NCBI GenBank assembly: GCA_963737635.1
Contig: CAVTTL010000001.1
Coordinates: forward strand, 1,024,001 to 1,088,000
Direction: 5' to 3'
DNA: 64,000 nt
DNA from: an uncultured Methanoregulaceae archaeon
GTDB taxonomy: Archaea > Halobacteriota > Methanomicrobia > Methanomicrobiales > Methanospirillaceae
The position numbers and the translations under genes were made by a program. This document shows positions 9,977 through 21,536 of the stretch, one piece after another. Position 1 is the first letter of the stretch. The number at the start of each line of letters is the position of its first letter. Under the pieces are notes generated by a model. The model saw only the letters and a program-made list of their open reading frames with translations, searched no databases and was not told the origin of the DNA.

Positions 9977-11560
9977 TTATGCATCATCCTGTTCCAGTCC
10001 GGTTGCCCGTGGCAGGTGTCCGGACATGATAGGTCGGCCCTGTTTTTTCGTGTTGGAAATGAACCAGATTGCCCCGGCTACCAGCCAAACTATGACCATC
10101 GCAATCGCAATCAGAGCATCAGTTGCTGAACTGCCTCCGGCACTGACACCGAGCCAGACAACCGCACCAAGCATGACGAAATTTGCCAAGAAACCGAGTA
10201 GTGGTACTATGCGGTGTTTCAGGAGGTTGGCATCAGAACGGTGGAAGAAGGCCCAGAGAGCAATGAGGTTTGTCAGGCCGTACAGGAGGAACGTGCCGGT
10301 GTTAGATGCAAGGGTAATCTGGGTCAGATTGTCTATGTTGAGGACTCCGTACGCGCCTAAAGCTGCAGATACAGCGACCAGGATCCAGATACCGTAATGC
10401 GGGGTGTCGTATTTACCATGCAGGATACCAAGCAGCGTAGGCATCTCTTCGTCTTTACCCATAGCGTAGGTAATCCGGACACCGGTGTTAAAGCATGCAA
10501 GGGTTGTCCCGATCAATGCGAGCACTACTGTTGCAGCCATAATTAAAACCAGCACAAATCCCGTGCCTCCTAGCATCTGGTCGCCGATTACCCGGATCAT
10601 ATCGCCGATAGGAGCTCCGGAAGCCGCCGCTGCTGTATAACCCGAGATTGCCGCTCCGGTTGCATCGGTTCCGGTTAGTTGTGGACCGACAAAATAATTT
10701 GCAGCGAAATACTCGAACAAATAGGCGAATGCACCCTGAATGATAAGAGAGAGAAGGATTGCTTTTTTAATATCCTGTTTTGGCCGGAGCGCTTCGGAAC
10801 CTAGCGATGTCACCGACTCGAAACCCACCAACAGCAGAATTGCGATGGTCGACTGGAAGAGCAGGTTCGTGAAGTTGTGCGGTATAAGGATTGTTGAAAC
10901 GGATGTGGCGTATACCAGATTGGGGTGAGTCTCTCGGTACAGAATTGCCAGTATCGAAAAACCGATAAGTGCCACCAACTGGATGGTGTTGATGACGATA
11001 GCAGTCATGGTCGAACCGGTTATTCCGCGGTATGCAATATAGCCGTTGAGAACGGCGAACAACACGGCAACAAGAATCTGTTCCGGGACTGACAGGGCAA
11101 TCCCAAAGAGGCCGAAGATATAGACAATCAGGATAGCCGAAAAGGCCACCATGATACCCGGATAAATCCAGTAATACAGATGAGATATCCAGCCTACCAG
11201 AAATTTAACGATTCGTGCCCATTTGCGATGCTCTGCTTTTTCTTTCTCGAGAAACGAGGCTTCAGCATAATAATAGGACGAACCGGCGCCGGCTTTGGGA
11301 TAGATGTTTGCCAGTTCTGCGTACGAGATTGCCGTCAAAAACGCAAGAACGAGTGCGGCTAAAAGGCCGGTCCACATCTCGCCCGCGGTCGTTACGCCAC
11401 CGTTGGTTTGCGCGGCTTGTACCTGGAATGTGGTCCAGAGAAAGGCCCCCGGGGCAATCAACGCCATGGCATTGACCAAGAGCGAGGTGAGATTTAATGT
11501 ACGTTTCATTGTTCCGGTTTTGGGAACAGTTGCCTGATTTCCTTCCTGTGATGATGTCAT
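9977..11560 (-). CDS. APC-superfamily amino acid/amine permease
   Basis: About 12 hydrophobic helices; SYAELANIYPKAGAGSSY, LVGFESVTSLGSEA, RITYAMGKD. ORF extends to 11596 via TTG. Confidence 0.9.
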   Translation of the reverse strand: MTSSQEGNQATVPKTGTMKRTLNLTSLLVNAMALIAPGAFLWTTFQVQAAQTNGGVTTAGEMWTGLLAALVLAFLTAISYAELANIYPKAGAGSSYYYAEASFLEKEKAEHRKWARIVKFLVGWISHLYYWIYPGIMVAFSAILIVYIFGLFGIALSVPEQILVAVLFAVLNGYIAYRGITGSTMTAIVINTIQLVALIGFSILAILYRETHPNLVYATSVSTILIPHNFTNLLFQSTIAILLLVGFESVTSLGSEALRPKQDIKKAILLSLIIQGAFAYLFEYFAANYFVGPQLTGTDATGAAISGYTAAAASGAPIGDMIRVIGDQMLGGTGFVLVLIMAATVVLALIGTTLACFNTGVRITYAMGKDEEMPTLLGILHGKYDTPHYGIWILVAVSAALGAYGVLNIDNLTQITLASNTGTFLLYGLTNLIALWAFFHRSDANLLKHRIVPLLGFLANFVMLGAVVWLGVSAGGSSATDALIAIAMVIVWLVAGAIWFISNTKKQGRPIMSGHLPRATGLEQDDA

Positions 11561-11644
11561 CTTAATGTATCTCCCTTGACAGGATAAGATTTTCAATTGA
11601 AGTATGGCTTTTCAGGAACGATCATCTGCTCATGAGCAACCATT

Positions 11645-11658
11645 GGAAAGTAGATTCC
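11645..11658. promoter_or_regulatory. NrpR operator GGAA-N6-TTCC
   Basis: Exact GGAAAGTAGATTCC, just downstream (minus strand) of an AT-rich TATA-like element at ~11668-11679 and upstream of the APC permease. Confidence 0.8.
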
Positions 11659-11865
11659 TTCTTAGCATAATAAATATATCTGTTCGAGCACAATTACTTG
11701 CATGCAAGAAAGAATCACATTTCTAGACAGGTATGTGAAAAGGAAATTGCGATCTTTGATCCGTATTCCAGCGGCATTGGTAACTAAACAGCCGGGCAGA
11801 TTATACCCGTTTTAACTCATAGTGATCTATTGTAAGAATTGCAGACCGGAGTCGAGAAATATTGT

Positions 11866-12828
11866 ATGACAAAAATACTAACTCGGATCCCCGATCATCT
11901 CGTTTATCTGGTATTAGCTACCGGGGCATTTTCCCTGCTTTTTCCCGGACCAGGTTCTTTGGTGGGATGGATCGTCACTCCCGTTCTTGCACTGATGGTC
12001 TTTTCCATCAGTTTGACCATAGACGTCAGGGATTTACTTCAGGTAACCAGGAATCCATTTACTATTGTATGGAGTGTGATCCTGCAATTTGTCGTTATGG
12101 CACTTTTTTCAATCCTACTTGGAAAAATATTTTTCTCCCACATGCCGGATTTGAATTCCGGGCAAGTACTTCTGGGGGCCCTCCCCGCTGACATCTCTGC
12201 CCCTCTCATGGTCTCCCTCGTGGGAGGCAATACGGCGCTGGGGATGACGATGCTGGTGACCGCTATGGTTCTGACGCCTTTTATTCTACCTAACATTCTC
12301 ACATTGTTTGGCGGCATAACATTGCAGGTACCAACCATGTATCTTGAGGCTGAATTAGTGGGGATTATTATAATTCCTCTTATCCTTGGTCTCCTCTTAA
12401 ACCACTACTCGGTAAAAATACGGGAAAAAAAGGATGCGTGGCCGGGGTGCGCCGCGCTGTGCTATGTCCTGCTTTTGTTTGCAGTCGTCTCATCCAACGC
12501 TGTTTCCATCATCTCATTGAGAGACTTTGCGGCAGTGATCCTTATCGTAGAATTATCGCTTAACCTCTTTGGATACGGTCTTGCCTATCTGACAAAGATC
12601 GTATTTAAACAAAAAAAGGAGACTTATCTATCTCTCTTGTTTATCGCCAGCACCAAGGAATTCGGGATCGCTCCTGCCGCTGTGGATACGATGGATTTAA
12701 ACCGGGTAATTGTTATACCCTCGGCATTTTATGCAGTTGTCCAGATGATATCATCTCCTCTCATGGTTAAAGTGGTTAATTGCCTGAAGCCAGGTGAATC
12801 CGTGAAAGAGACGTCCACTCATATGTGA
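11866..12828 (+). CDS. Bile acid:Na+ symporter (BASS/SBF) family transporter
   Basis: Polytopic; LALMVFSISLT, VILQFVVMALFS, SLVGGNTALG. Confidence 0.8.
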   Translation: MTKILTRIPDHLVYLVLATGAFSLLFPGPGSLVGWIVTPVLALMVFSISLTIDVRDLLQVTRNPFTIVWSVILQFVVMALFSILLGKIFFSHMPDLNSGQVLLGALPADISAPLMVSLVGGNTALGMTMLVTAMVLTPFILPNILTLFGGITLQVPTMYLEAELVGIIIIPLILGLLLNHYSVKIREKKDAWPGCAALCYVLLLFAVVSSNAVSIISLRDFAAVILIVELSLNLFGYGLAYLTKIVFKQKKETYLSLLFIASTKEFGIAPAAVDTMDLNRVIVIPSAFYAVVQMISSPLMVKVVNCLKPGESVKETSTHM

Positions 12829-13134
12829 AGCTGTTTGCCGATATCCTGCCTTAGTTTTTTTCCGCCGGCGCCTTGTCCACACCTCGGCACACCTTTGGAG
12901 GAACGAGACATATGAGCTTATCCTGGCCATGCATTGTTTTTTTGTGGCGCTGCTATTCCATGAGTTCCGTTTTACCATCGATATAATTATCTTTATATCT
13001 GGTAGATCGCACATTCTTTCCATAAAATTTTTATAACAACAAATGACACGCAGCTAATGTGAATGCTTTGCTACTATCCAAAGCATCTCATGATGAAGGT
13101 GTATTCCATTGGGGCGTCGTCAGCTCTTTGGTCG

Positions 13135-15528
13135 ATGATCAGGAAACAGATTAAGCCAGCCGTAATGATGTTTCTTTTACTCACGGTTCTCGTGGGCATT
13201 GTGTACCCTCTGGTTGTAACAGGTATCGCTCAGGTGATCTTCCCTGCACAGGCGAACGGGGATCTTATTGTTCATAATGGAAATATTGCGGGATCTTCTC
13301 TCATAGGCCAGCCTTTTTCGTCCCCGGATTATTTCTGGGGGCGCCTCTCCGCAACATCGCCGGTGCCCTACGACGCTGAAGCCTCAGGCGGTTCGAATTA
13401 CGGTCCACAGAACCCGGCTCTTATTACAGAGGTACAGGGACGGATAGATGCCCTTCACACAGCTGACCCGAATAACACGCAACCAATCCCTGTCGATTTA
13501 GTGACATCGTCAGGGAGCGGGCTTGATCCGGATATTAGCCCAGCTGCGGCCTACTACCAGGTCCCAAGGGTTGCACGGGAGCGGAACCTTTCCGAAAGTG
13601 ACGTTTCCATGCTTGTTGCGGCAAACACAGAGAACCCGGTGCTCGGGATCTTTGGCCAGCCGGTGGTAAATGTCCTGAACCTGAACCTGGCGCTCGATGA
13701 TCTGAGTGCCCATACAATCCCGGTTCCGCAGGCGACAATACCCAGAAGCACGCCCGCGAACACGCTGTTTGGGATAACTATCACTGACTGGGCCTTCCTC
13801 ATCCTGCTCGGTGTTATCCTCGCACTCCTTCTTGTTCCGGTTGGGGAGTTCATGTTCCGGGTTTACACGGGTAAGCCGACGTTCCTGTCCCCGGTGATCA
13901 TGCCAATAGAAGGGTGGATCCTCCGGATATGCGGTGCCGGGAGCGATGAGGAGATGGACTGGAAGCAGTTTACCGTTGCGATGATGGTCTTTTCCGTCGT
14001 CGGGATTGCATTTGTCTTCTTTATCCAGGAGGTCCAGCAGTACCTCCCACTCAACCCGCTCAGTGCCGGCCCGGTTTCGTGGGATCTCTCACTCAACACC
14101 GCGGTCAGTTTTGCTACCAACACCAACTGGCAGTTCTATGTTCCGGAAACGACCGTCAGCTATCTGACACAGTTGGTAGGGCTTGCTGTACAGAACTTTA
14201 TGTCTGCAGCGGTGGGTATGGCGGTGCTCGTTGCGTTCATTTACGGTTTCTCACGCAGGTCGACCCTTACCATCGGAAACTTCTGGGTGCTGCTCGTCCG
14301 CGGCATCTGGATTCTCCTGCCGCTCAGTTTTATCCTAGCCCTTCTCCTTGTATCACAGGGAACGCCCCAAACATTAGGTGGTCCGGTAACGGTCCCACTC
14401 CTCAATCCGGTGAATGATTCAAATGGGAATCTCGTCACCACGCAATCGATCTCGCTTGGGCCTGCGGCGTCACAGATCGCAATTAAAATGCTTGGTACAA
14501 ATGGCGGGGGTTTCTTCAATGCAAACTCAGCGCATCCCTTTGAAAACCCGACGTGGTTCTCGGATTTGATCGAGATCGTCGCTATCCTCCTGATTCCGGT
14601 ATCTCTCTGCTTCATGTTCGGTAAGATGATCGGATCGGTGAAGAAGGGAATTGCCATCCTGATCGCCATGACCCTGCTCTTTGTGCCGCTCCTGGGTCTT
14701 GGCATCTGGTCGGAGATCGGAGGCAACCCGGCCTTTGTCCCCCTCGGGATAGACCAGACGCCGTCCCATCTCCAGCCCGGCGGCAACATGGAAGGAAAGG
14801 AGGTACGCTTTGGCATTGTCCAGTCAGCAGCATTCTCCGTAATAACCACGGTAACCAGCTGCGGTGCAGTGAACTCGATGCACGATTCTTTCATGCCGCT
14901 TGGCGGTCTTGTCCAGATATTCGACATCCAGTTGGGTGAAATTGTCTATGGCGGTGTCGGATCAGGCTTGTACTGCATGTTCGTCTTTATCATCATCGCA
15001 ATGTTTATTGCCGGGCTGATGGTCGGGCGGACACCTGAACTGTACGGCAAGAAGATCGAGCCGTACGAGATGAAGCTCTCTACTATCCACATCCTCATTC
15101 CCCTCTTTTTGATCCTGATCGGGACCGCGATCGCGGTTTCAATCACCCCGGGAACAGCCGCGGTCTTCAACCCGGGACCTCACGGGTTCTCTGAGATCCT
15201 GTACGCATTCAGCTCGGTCTCCCAGAACAACGGTAGTGCATTTGCCGGGTTGTCATCGAACCAGTTCTACAACATTTCCACGGCAGTCTGCATGTTTATC
15301 GGGCGTTATGCCATCGCTATCATCACACTCGCATTGGCCGGGGCATTTGTGACAAAGAAGATCGTGCCGGCAAGCGAGGGGACGCTGCAGGACCACCGGC
15401 CGCTCTTTATCATCTGGGTGGTCTTTACTATCCTCATCATCGGGGCACTCAGTTTCCTACCTGCGCTCTCCCTGGGGCCCATCGTTGAATTCCTGATTCA
15501 GATCGGAAGGGGTGTTATCCATGTCTGA
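13135..15528 (+). CDS. kdpA: K+-transporting ATPase KdpC-KdpA fusion protein
   Basis: N-terminal ~190 aa is KdpC ([49 protein letters not shown]). A Pro/Thr linker leads in frame into KdpA ([42 protein letters not shown]). Confidence 0.93.
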   Translation: MIRKQIKPAVMMFLLLTVLVGIVYPLVVTGIAQVIFPAQANGDLIVHNGNIAGSSLIGQPFSSPDYFWGRLSATSPVPYDAEASGGSNYGPQNPALITEVQGRIDALHTADPNNTQPIPVDLVTSSGSGLDPDISPAAAYYQVPRVARERNLSESDVSMLVAANTENPVLGIFGQPVVNVLNLNLALDDLSAHTIPVPQATIPRSTPANTLFGITITDWAFLILLGVILALLLVPVGEFMFRVYTGKPTFLSPVIMPIEGWILRICGAGSDEEMDWKQFTVAMMVFSVVGIAFVFFIQEVQQYLPLNPLSAGPVSWDLSLNTAVSFATNTNWQFYVPETTVSYLTQLVGLAVQNFMSAAVGMAVLVAFIYGFSRRSTLTIGNFWVLLVRGIWILLPLSFILALLLVSQGTPQTLGGPVTVPLLNPVNDSNGNLVTTQSISLGPAASQIAIKMLGTNGGGFFNANSAHPFENPTWFSDLIEIVAILLIPVSLCFMFGKMIGSVKKGIAILIAMTLLFVPLLGLGIWSEIGGNPAFVPLGIDQTPSHLQPGGNMEGKEVRFGIVQSAAFSVITTVTSCGAVNSMHDSFMPLGGLVQIFDIQLGEIVYGGVGSGLYCMFVFIIIAMFIAGLMVGRTPELYGKKIEPYEMKLSTIHILIPLFLILIGTAIAVSITPGTAAVFNPGPHGFSEILYAFSSVSQNNGSAFAGLSSNQFYNISTAVCMFIGRYAIAIITLALAGAFVTKKIVPASEGTLQDHRPLFIIWVVFTILIIGALSFLPALSLGPIVEFLIQIGRGVIHV

Positions 15529-17620
15529 CCATTCAGGCCCGAAAATCCCGGCAACGGACCAGTACGCACTTTACCGGCGGGCAATTATCGATTCTTTCAT
15601 TAAACTTGACCCGAGGACACTATACCACAACGTAGTGATGTTTACCGTTGAGATCGGCAGTGTTCTTACCACCCTGCTCTGGATCCAGGCGCTTCTGGGG
15701 CATGGCGAAGCACCGGCTGGGTTCATCGGTGCCGTTTCCCTCTGGCTCTGGTTCACGGTCCTCTTTGCAAACTTTGCCGAAGCGCTCGCGGAAGGCAGAG
15801 GCAAGGCACAGGCTGAAGCCCTGCGCAAAATGCGGCAGGATACCGCTGGAAAGAAACTGAAGTCCGGGTACACAATCGTAAAGGGAAAAGAGCCGGAGTC
15901 TTCGGACTATACGGTCGTCTCTTCATCCATCCTACGTAAAAATGATGTCTTCTATGTCAAGGCCGGTGACACGATCCCGGTGGATGGCGAGGTGATCGAA
16001 GGCATCGCATCCATAAACGAGAGTGCGATCACCGGTGAAAGTGCACCCGTCATCCGTGAATCCGGCGGCGATCGCAGCGCAGTCACTGGAGGTACAAGTA
16101 TTCTTTCGGACTGGCTGATTGTCAAGGTGAGTGCGGACCCCGGCGAAGGTTTCCTCGATCACATGATCTGCCTTATCGAAGGGGCTAAACGACAGAAAAC
16201 GCCCAACGAGATCGCGCTCAACATCCTCCTTGTCGGGCTGACAGCCATTTTTGTTATCGTATCCGCGACCCTCTATGCATTCTCGGCTTACAGTGTCCAG
16301 TCAGCCGGGGCCGGGACTACGGTCACGATCACGGTCCTTGTCGCCCTCTTTGTCTGCCTCGCACCGACTACGATTGGTGGTCTCCTCTCAGCGATCGGCA
16401 TTGCGGGCATGGACCGGCTGATCCGCAGGAACGTGATCACGACTTCCGGGCGAGCCATTGAGGCCGCAGGCGATGTCGATGTCCTCCTCCTGGATAAGAC
16501 CGGGACCATCACGCTCGGGAACCGACAGGCCGTGGAATTTATCCCGGTTGACGGAATGGAAGTTATGGATCTTGCGGAAAATGCCCAGCTTGCTTCTCTT
16601 GCCGATGAAACCCCTGAGGGCCGCAGTATCGTGATCCTCGCTAAAGACAAGTACGGCCTTCGAGGCAGGACGGTAGGAGATGGATCCGGTACCGAGATGC
16701 AGTTCATCCCGTTTTCCAGCCAGACCCGTATGAGCGGCGTTGATCATGGAGACATTTGTATCCGCAAAGGTGCAGCAGATGCGATGTTCAAATACATCGA
16801 AACAAATGGCCATACGGTATCGGAGAACCTCAAACTGGTAGTGGATATGATCTCACGGGCCGGAGGAACTCCGCTTGTTGTTGCAAAAAACGGGAAAGCT
16901 CTCGGCGTTATCCACTTAAAAGATATCGTGAAGGGTGGGATAAATGAACGGTTTGCCCAGCTGCGGAAGATGGGTATCAAAACGGTCATGATCACAGGCG
17001 ACAACCATCTCACTGCAGCGACCATTGCCGCTGAAGCCGGCGTCGATGATTTCCTTGCGGAAGCCACCCCTGAAAGCAAGCTGAAACTGATCCGTGAATA
17101 CCAGACCGGCGGGAGAATGGTTGCCATGACCGGTGATGGGACAAACGATGCCCCGGCGCTTGCCCAGGCAGATGTCGCCGTCGCCATGAACACCGGGACC
17201 CAGCCGGCCCGCGAAGCAGCAAACATGGTCGATCTTGATTCCAACCCGACAAAACTCATCGATATCGTCGAGATCGGAAAGCAGCTTCTGATGACCCGCG
17301 GGGCGCTGACCACGTTCTCTATTGCAAACGATATTGCGAAATATTTCGCTATCATCCCGGTCGCGTTCGCTTCAACCTACCCGGCCCTTGGGGCCATGAA
17401 TATCCTTGGCCTGCATGATGGCATCTTGTCGGCGGTCATCTTCAACGCGATCATAATTGTTATTCTCATTCCCCTTGCCCTCCATGGCGTGAAGTACCGG
17501 GCGATGTCTGCTGAAGAATCACTGCGGAACAACATTCTCATTTACGGCGTTGGTGGGCTGATCGCTCCGTTTATTGGTATAAAAATTATCGATATGCTGC
17601 TCGTGTTTCTAGGGGTGTGA
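15521..17620 (+). CDS. kdpB: K+-transporting P-type ATPase subunit B
   Basis: [41 protein letters not shown]. Confidence 0.97.
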   Translation: MSDHSGPKIPATDQYALYRRAIIDSFIKLDPRTLYHNVVMFTVEIGSVLTTLLWIQALLGHGEAPAGFIGAVSLWLWFTVLFANFAEALAEGRGKAQAEALRKMRQDTAGKKLKSGYTIVKGKEPESSDYTVVSSSILRKNDVFYVKAGDTIPVDGEVIEGIASINESAITGESAPVIRESGGDRSAVTGGTSILSDWLIVKVSADPGEGFLDHMICLIEGAKRQKTPNEIALNILLVGLTAIFVIVSATLYAFSAYSVQSAGAGTTVTITVLVALFVCLAPTTIGGLLSAIGIAGMDRLIRRNVITTSGRAIEAAGDVDVLLLDKTGTITLGNRQAVEFIPVDGMEVMDLAENAQLASLADETPEGRSIVILAKDKYGLRGRTVGDGSGTEMQFIPFSSQTRMSGVDHGDICIRKGAADAMFKYIETNGHTVSENLKLVVDMISRAGGTPLVVAKNGKALGVIHLKDIVKGGINERFAQLRKMGIKTVMITGDNHLTAATIAAEAGVDDFLAEATPESKLKLIREYQTGGRMVAMTGDGTNDAPALAQADVAVAMNTGTQPAREAANMVDLDSNPTKLIDIVEIGKQLLMTRGALTTFSIANDIAKYFAIIPVAFASTYPALGAMNILGLHDGILSAVIFNAIIIVILIPLALHGVKYRAMSAEESLRNNILIYGVGGLIAPFIGIKIIDMLLVFLGV

Positions 17621-17788
17621 AAATATACGATATCACCTGTCTTTGCGCCAGAATCAGCCGGATCAGGATAACCTTCTCACACCCGTGAGAATTAAAGGGA
17701 GCGGTGCAGGAACCAGAAAAAATTTTTGTGTGTGTATTCTGGGAGATGGCCGAATTTTGGGGACGCTACTGATAGCAGCACAGACACT

Positions 17789-18136
17789 TCAGCACGTGAC
17801 GTGCAATATAGCAACGTATGATCTGTGTTCTTTTTCCATGCTCTCCAGCACTTCAGGAGTCGGCCGAATAACCGTTTCGTATTCCGCGAGAATCTCCTTT
17901 GCTTCGTCTGTGACCGGGAGATCACCGTATTGTCCTGTTCCAATATACACGACCTCGGGTTTCTCTTCCTTAAGAAATGCGAGTTCATGATCGGCAAGTG
18001 GAGTATGCCCATACAGGTTCTTGAGTTTTTTAGATTTCTTTTTTGACCGTTTCTCTATGGATGTGTCCCGGTGGACGATGACATCGTGATCGTACCGGAT
18101 ATCGCCGATCTCCACCCAGCCGAACTTTGTCTTCAT
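17789..18136 (-). CDS. Mth938/DUF498-like protein
   Basis: FGWVEIG, PEVVYIGTGQYG, C-terminal ILHVTC. Confidence 0.8.
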   Translation of the reverse strand: MKTKFGWVEIGDIRYDHDVIVHRDTSIEKRSKKKSKKLKNLYGHTPLADHELAFLKEEKPEVVYIGTGQYGDLPVTDEAKEILAEYETVIRPTPEVLESMEKEHRSYVAILHVTC

Positions 18137-18232
18137 AATGGAACAGTTTGCTCTTGAGCGTTTGTACTGTACAGAATCATTTTGTACGATTCTAATAAAA
18201 TCAATTAAGATGCCAGAAGTATAAAAATTCAC

Positions 18233-18712
18233 ATGAAACTTGCAACCGCAACTATCCTCATTATCGCGATTGTTTCATTGGTGATAGTCTCTGGTTGTAC
18301 GAGCAGCCAGCCGGTAGACCAAGTAGCATCACAGCCGAACACCTCAACTACGCAATGCTCTTTAAACACATGCCCGGTTGCATCTACCCCTGCAGCCGAA
18401 CCTGCATCGCCCCCGACGGGTGCGTCCTCTGATCCTATCATAGGAGACTGGCAGTTAAAGAACGCGCCGTATTCCTGTAGTGCAGTATTCTATGGCAGTG
18501 GAACCGGGCACCTTTCATGCAGCCTCTATTTGATGAGCCAGACGAAGAATTTCTCATGGAAGAACAACGGCACTCTTGACCCTTACAACACATCTTATAT
18601 TATTACGCTTTCTGATGGAAGTGGGACGATAGCGCCTGCAGTGATGGGGCAGGATGGGCGCATCACCTCTGGTGTACTACCGACAGGATCTTACTTGATA
18701 AGAGAGGAATGA
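18233..18712 (+). CDS. Hypothetical lipoprotein
   Basis: Signal peptide with VSGC lipobox-like motif, Pro/Ser/Thr linker, DPIIGDW domain start. Confidence 0.7.
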   Translation: MKLATATILIIAIVSLVIVSGCTSSQPVDQVASQPNTSTTQCSLNTCPVASTPAAEPASPPTGASSDPIIGDWQLKNAPYSCSAVFYGSGTGHLSCSLYLMSQTKNFSWKNNGTLDPYNTSYIITLSDGSGTIAPAVMGQDGRITSGVLPTGSYLIREE

Positions 18713-18825
18713 TGGATACGGTTTACCTGTGGAATTCTCATGCGTTAACCAACTTTAAAGAAAATGACCTTGTCATACATTAATTTCAGTCTGGTATTCA
18801 TACATCATGGTAAGGTAAGTGGATC

Positions 18826-19302
18826 ATGAATCTCACCGAAACCCAAGAGCTGTTTACCTTATTCTTTGCAATTTATTTCGCTATGATAATAGATCGTTCC
18901 CATGAGATGTACAAACCATGGGATACATACAATGCCTGGAGAGGCAAATCTCATAACATCAGGCGTTTGCTGGCAGCATGGATTATTTTATTTGCCATAC
19001 CCCTCGTGCATTTTGCGATCTTATTTACCCTTCTTGGATCAGTTGATGTTCCCTTCGATATGACACTCAGGGGAATTGCCAATGTTGTTTTGATCGGCTT
19101 CAGTTCGTTTTTCGAGTTTGGCTATTTCAGAATATACGAATCTTTTCTGCACAGATATCCATCATCGTTTTTCTCTGATGAGGACTTGACACAAATAGAG
19201 GGTTCAGGCAAGATTCGCCCGGATTTCAAGGCTCACTTTATCCCCGGAACTTTATACGTAGTCCTGTCTATTTTGGCTATGCTGGTCGCGATTTATTTCT
19301 AA
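18826..19302 (+). CDS. Hypothetical membrane protein (about 4 TM)
   Basis: 158-aa ORF with four hydrophobic segments. Confidence 0.7.
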   Translation: MNLTETQELFTLFFAIYFAMIIDRSHEMYKPWDTYNAWRGKSHNIRRLLAAWIILFAIPLVHFAILFTLLGSVDVPFDMTLRGIANVVLIGFSSFFEFGYFRIYESFLHRYPSSFFSDEDLTQIEGSGKIRPDFKAHFIPGTLYVVLSILAMLVAIYF

Positions 19303-19453
19303 TACTAAATGATAGTTTAGCACCCGAACAGATCTGGTTTGGTGTCGTGGCCCAGAGAAATACCTCTCGACATTACTAGACCGGTATTTAAAGAAGTCTC
19401 GAAGATGCACCAGAACCATAAATGCATGGTCGTCCCATGGTACTGGCAGGAAT

Positions 19454-20638
19454 ATGCAGGTACCTTTACGTGAACTTACAGCCAGACTGGCCCGGTTCAG
19501 GGACAGGATGGATCGCTCCTGCCCTGACTGGGAGGTTGCAGCTATCTCGGAAAAGATTAACCTCTACTATTTTACCGGCACTATCCAGGACGGACTGCTT
19601 CTTGTGCCCCGGCAGGGAGATGCAGTCTTCTGGGTCCGGAAAAGTTACGAGCGGGCAGTGGCTGAGTCGGAGTTTCCTGATATCCGGCAGATGGCCAGCT
19701 ACCGTGATGCCGCAGCTATCATAGGTCCGATGAAAAAACCGGTCTACCTGGAACTCGATTTTGTATCGATCGCTCAGTACGGGCGCATGCAGAAGCATTT
19801 CTGCTTTACCGGGCCATTGGGAGTTGATGCTCAGGTTGCTGCGGTCCGGTCGGTAAAAAGCCCGTACGAGCTCGCCCTTATGGAGCAGGCAGGGAAAATC
19901 CACCGGCATGTACTTGAAGACATCGCCCCGGATCTCCTGGTAGAAGGAATCGATGAGGTCTCGCTTGCATCCGATCTCTATTCTGTGATGGTCCGGGAAG
20001 GCCACCAGGGGATTATCCGGTTTGGCATGTTCAACGAAATGCTCCTTGGTCAGATCGGCTTTGGGACAAGTTCTATTGCACCTACCTGTGTGGATACCCC
20101 CGGGGGGATCTCCGGGATGTCCCCTGCGGTCCCAATGGCGGGGTGCCGGGAACGGAAACTTTCCAAAGGCGATCTTGTCGTCATCGATATCGGGTGCGGT
20201 GTTGAAGGATACCAGACCGACAAAACGATGACGTACATGTTCGGGAAAGCAATTCCCGATGCGGCCATCCGGGTCCACGAACAATGCGTCGCGGTACAAG
20301 ACGAAGTAACTGAACTCCTGAAACCGGGCGCAATTCCCTCGGAGATCTATACAAGTGTCATGAACGGCCTCGCTCCTGAATTCAGAAAAGGGTTTATGGG
20401 ATTCGGGCAGAATACGGTCAAATTCCTCGGCCATGGGATCGGCCTCTGGATTGATGAAAGTCCGGTCATCGCGAAGGGATTCGACGAACCATTAGAGGAA
20501 GGGATGGTCTTTGCTGTCGAACCAAAGAAGGGCATACCGAATGTCGGTCTTGTCGGCATCGAAAATACGTTTATCGTGACACATCAGGGAGGCCGATCCT
20601 TAACCGGGACCCATCGTGGGCTGATACCGATCTATTGA
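19454..20638 (+). CDS. Xaa-Pro aminopeptidase family (M24)
   Basis: IDIGC..GYQTD, FLGHGIGL, VFAVEPK, GIENTF. Confidence 0.92.
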   Translation: MQVPLRELTARLARFRDRMDRSCPDWEVAAISEKINLYYFTGTIQDGLLLVPRQGDAVFWVRKSYERAVAESEFPDIRQMASYRDAAAIIGPMKKPVYLELDFVSIAQYGRMQKHFCFTGPLGVDAQVAAVRSVKSPYELALMEQAGKIHRHVLEDIAPDLLVEGIDEVSLASDLYSVMVREGHQGIIRFGMFNEMLLGQIGFGTSSIAPTCVDTPGGISGMSPAVPMAGCRERKLSKGDLVVIDIGCGVEGYQTDKTMTYMFGKAIPDAAIRVHEQCVAVQDEVTELLKPGAIPSEIYTSVMNGLAPEFRKGFMGFGQNTVKFLGHGIGLWIDESPVIAKGFDEPLEEGMVFAVEPKKGIPNVGLVGIENTFIVTHQGGRSLTGTHRGLIPIY

Positions 20639-20735
20639 GGGCACGTTTTTTGGTAGTAAATCCGGCAGGAACGGCGATACCGGAATGCGAAGCTAAATCC
20701 ACATCTATTTATCCCGTTATGCGCTACCGCTCATC

Positions 20736-21446
20736 ATGATCGGCATCTCGACCTACTGTCTCCTTGACGAGCCGCTTCCTGTGGCACTGGACCGACTATC
20801 CGGTCTTACCGGTCTTATCGAGGTGATGGACGAGGGGCCCCATTTCGTGGACAACCCGGAACTCTTTGAAAGCTATTCCGGGGATTTCGTCCTGCATGCC
20901 CCATACCACGGTATGAATATCGCCTGCCTGTTCGAGGCTGTCCGAAGGGCAAGTGTCGAGGTGATGACCGATTGCTTCGCACAGGCCGCCGGGATCGGTG
21001 CTTCTGTGGTCCTCCATCCGGGGTATTTTGCCTGGGAACAGGAGCGCGAGCAGGCAAACCGGCAGTTTGAAAAATCTCTAGCCGCTCTTGACGGTGCCGC
21101 CCGCGAGTTCTCCGTTGAGTTCTCGTTTGAGAACATGGGAGACATGAATTATTTCAACCTGAGGACCCCGGAGGATCTTGGGATTATCCAAGATCACCAT
21201 TTTACCCTCGATGTCGGTCACGCAAACCTTAACCAATGTCTGCCGGGATTTCTCGAAACCCACTTTGTGCATTTGCATCTCCATGACAATGACGGAAAGA
21301 GGGATACTCACAGCCCTGTGGGGGAGGGAAATATCGGTTTTCCCGCTGTGATGGCCGCGATGCGGCGGGAGAACTCAACCGCGATCGTCGAAGTGAAACG
21401 CTATGAAGGGGCCATAGCAAGCCTCCGGGCGCTTGAAAGGATGTGA
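20736..21446 (+). CDS. Sugar-phosphate isomerase/epimerase (AP endonuclease 2 TIM-barrel) family
   Basis: LHAPY, VLHPG, FENMG, LDVGHA, LHLHDNDG. Confidence 0.85.
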   Translation: MIGISTYCLLDEPLPVALDRLSGLTGLIEVMDEGPHFVDNPELFESYSGDFVLHAPYHGMNIACLFEAVRRASVEVMTDCFAQAAGIGASVVLHPGYFAWEQEREQANRQFEKSLAALDGAAREFSVEFSFENMGDMNYFNLRTPEDLGIIQDHHFTLDVGHANLNQCLPGFLETHFVHLHLHDNDGKRDTHSPVGEGNIGFPAVMAAMRRENSTAIVEVKRYEGAIASLRALERM

Positions 21447-21536
21447 CAACTTTCGTGGCAGTATTTCGAAAATAAGTGTGGATACTACCGGAATCGCCGG
21501 GCCGTCCTGAAGAAAAAGAGTGGCTCGCTGGAGAAA

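Noticed and set aside
12830-13130. Hidden kdpF peptide upstream of kdpCA
   Set aside because: The short ORFs here lack the hydrophobic helix ending in a YL..AL..PE.F-like motif.
19466-20434. Long antisense ORFs (also 30249..31052, 51257..52219, 60441..61268)
   Set aside because: They are shadow ORFs opposite well-supported genes in GC-rich coding DNA and have no recognisable motifs.
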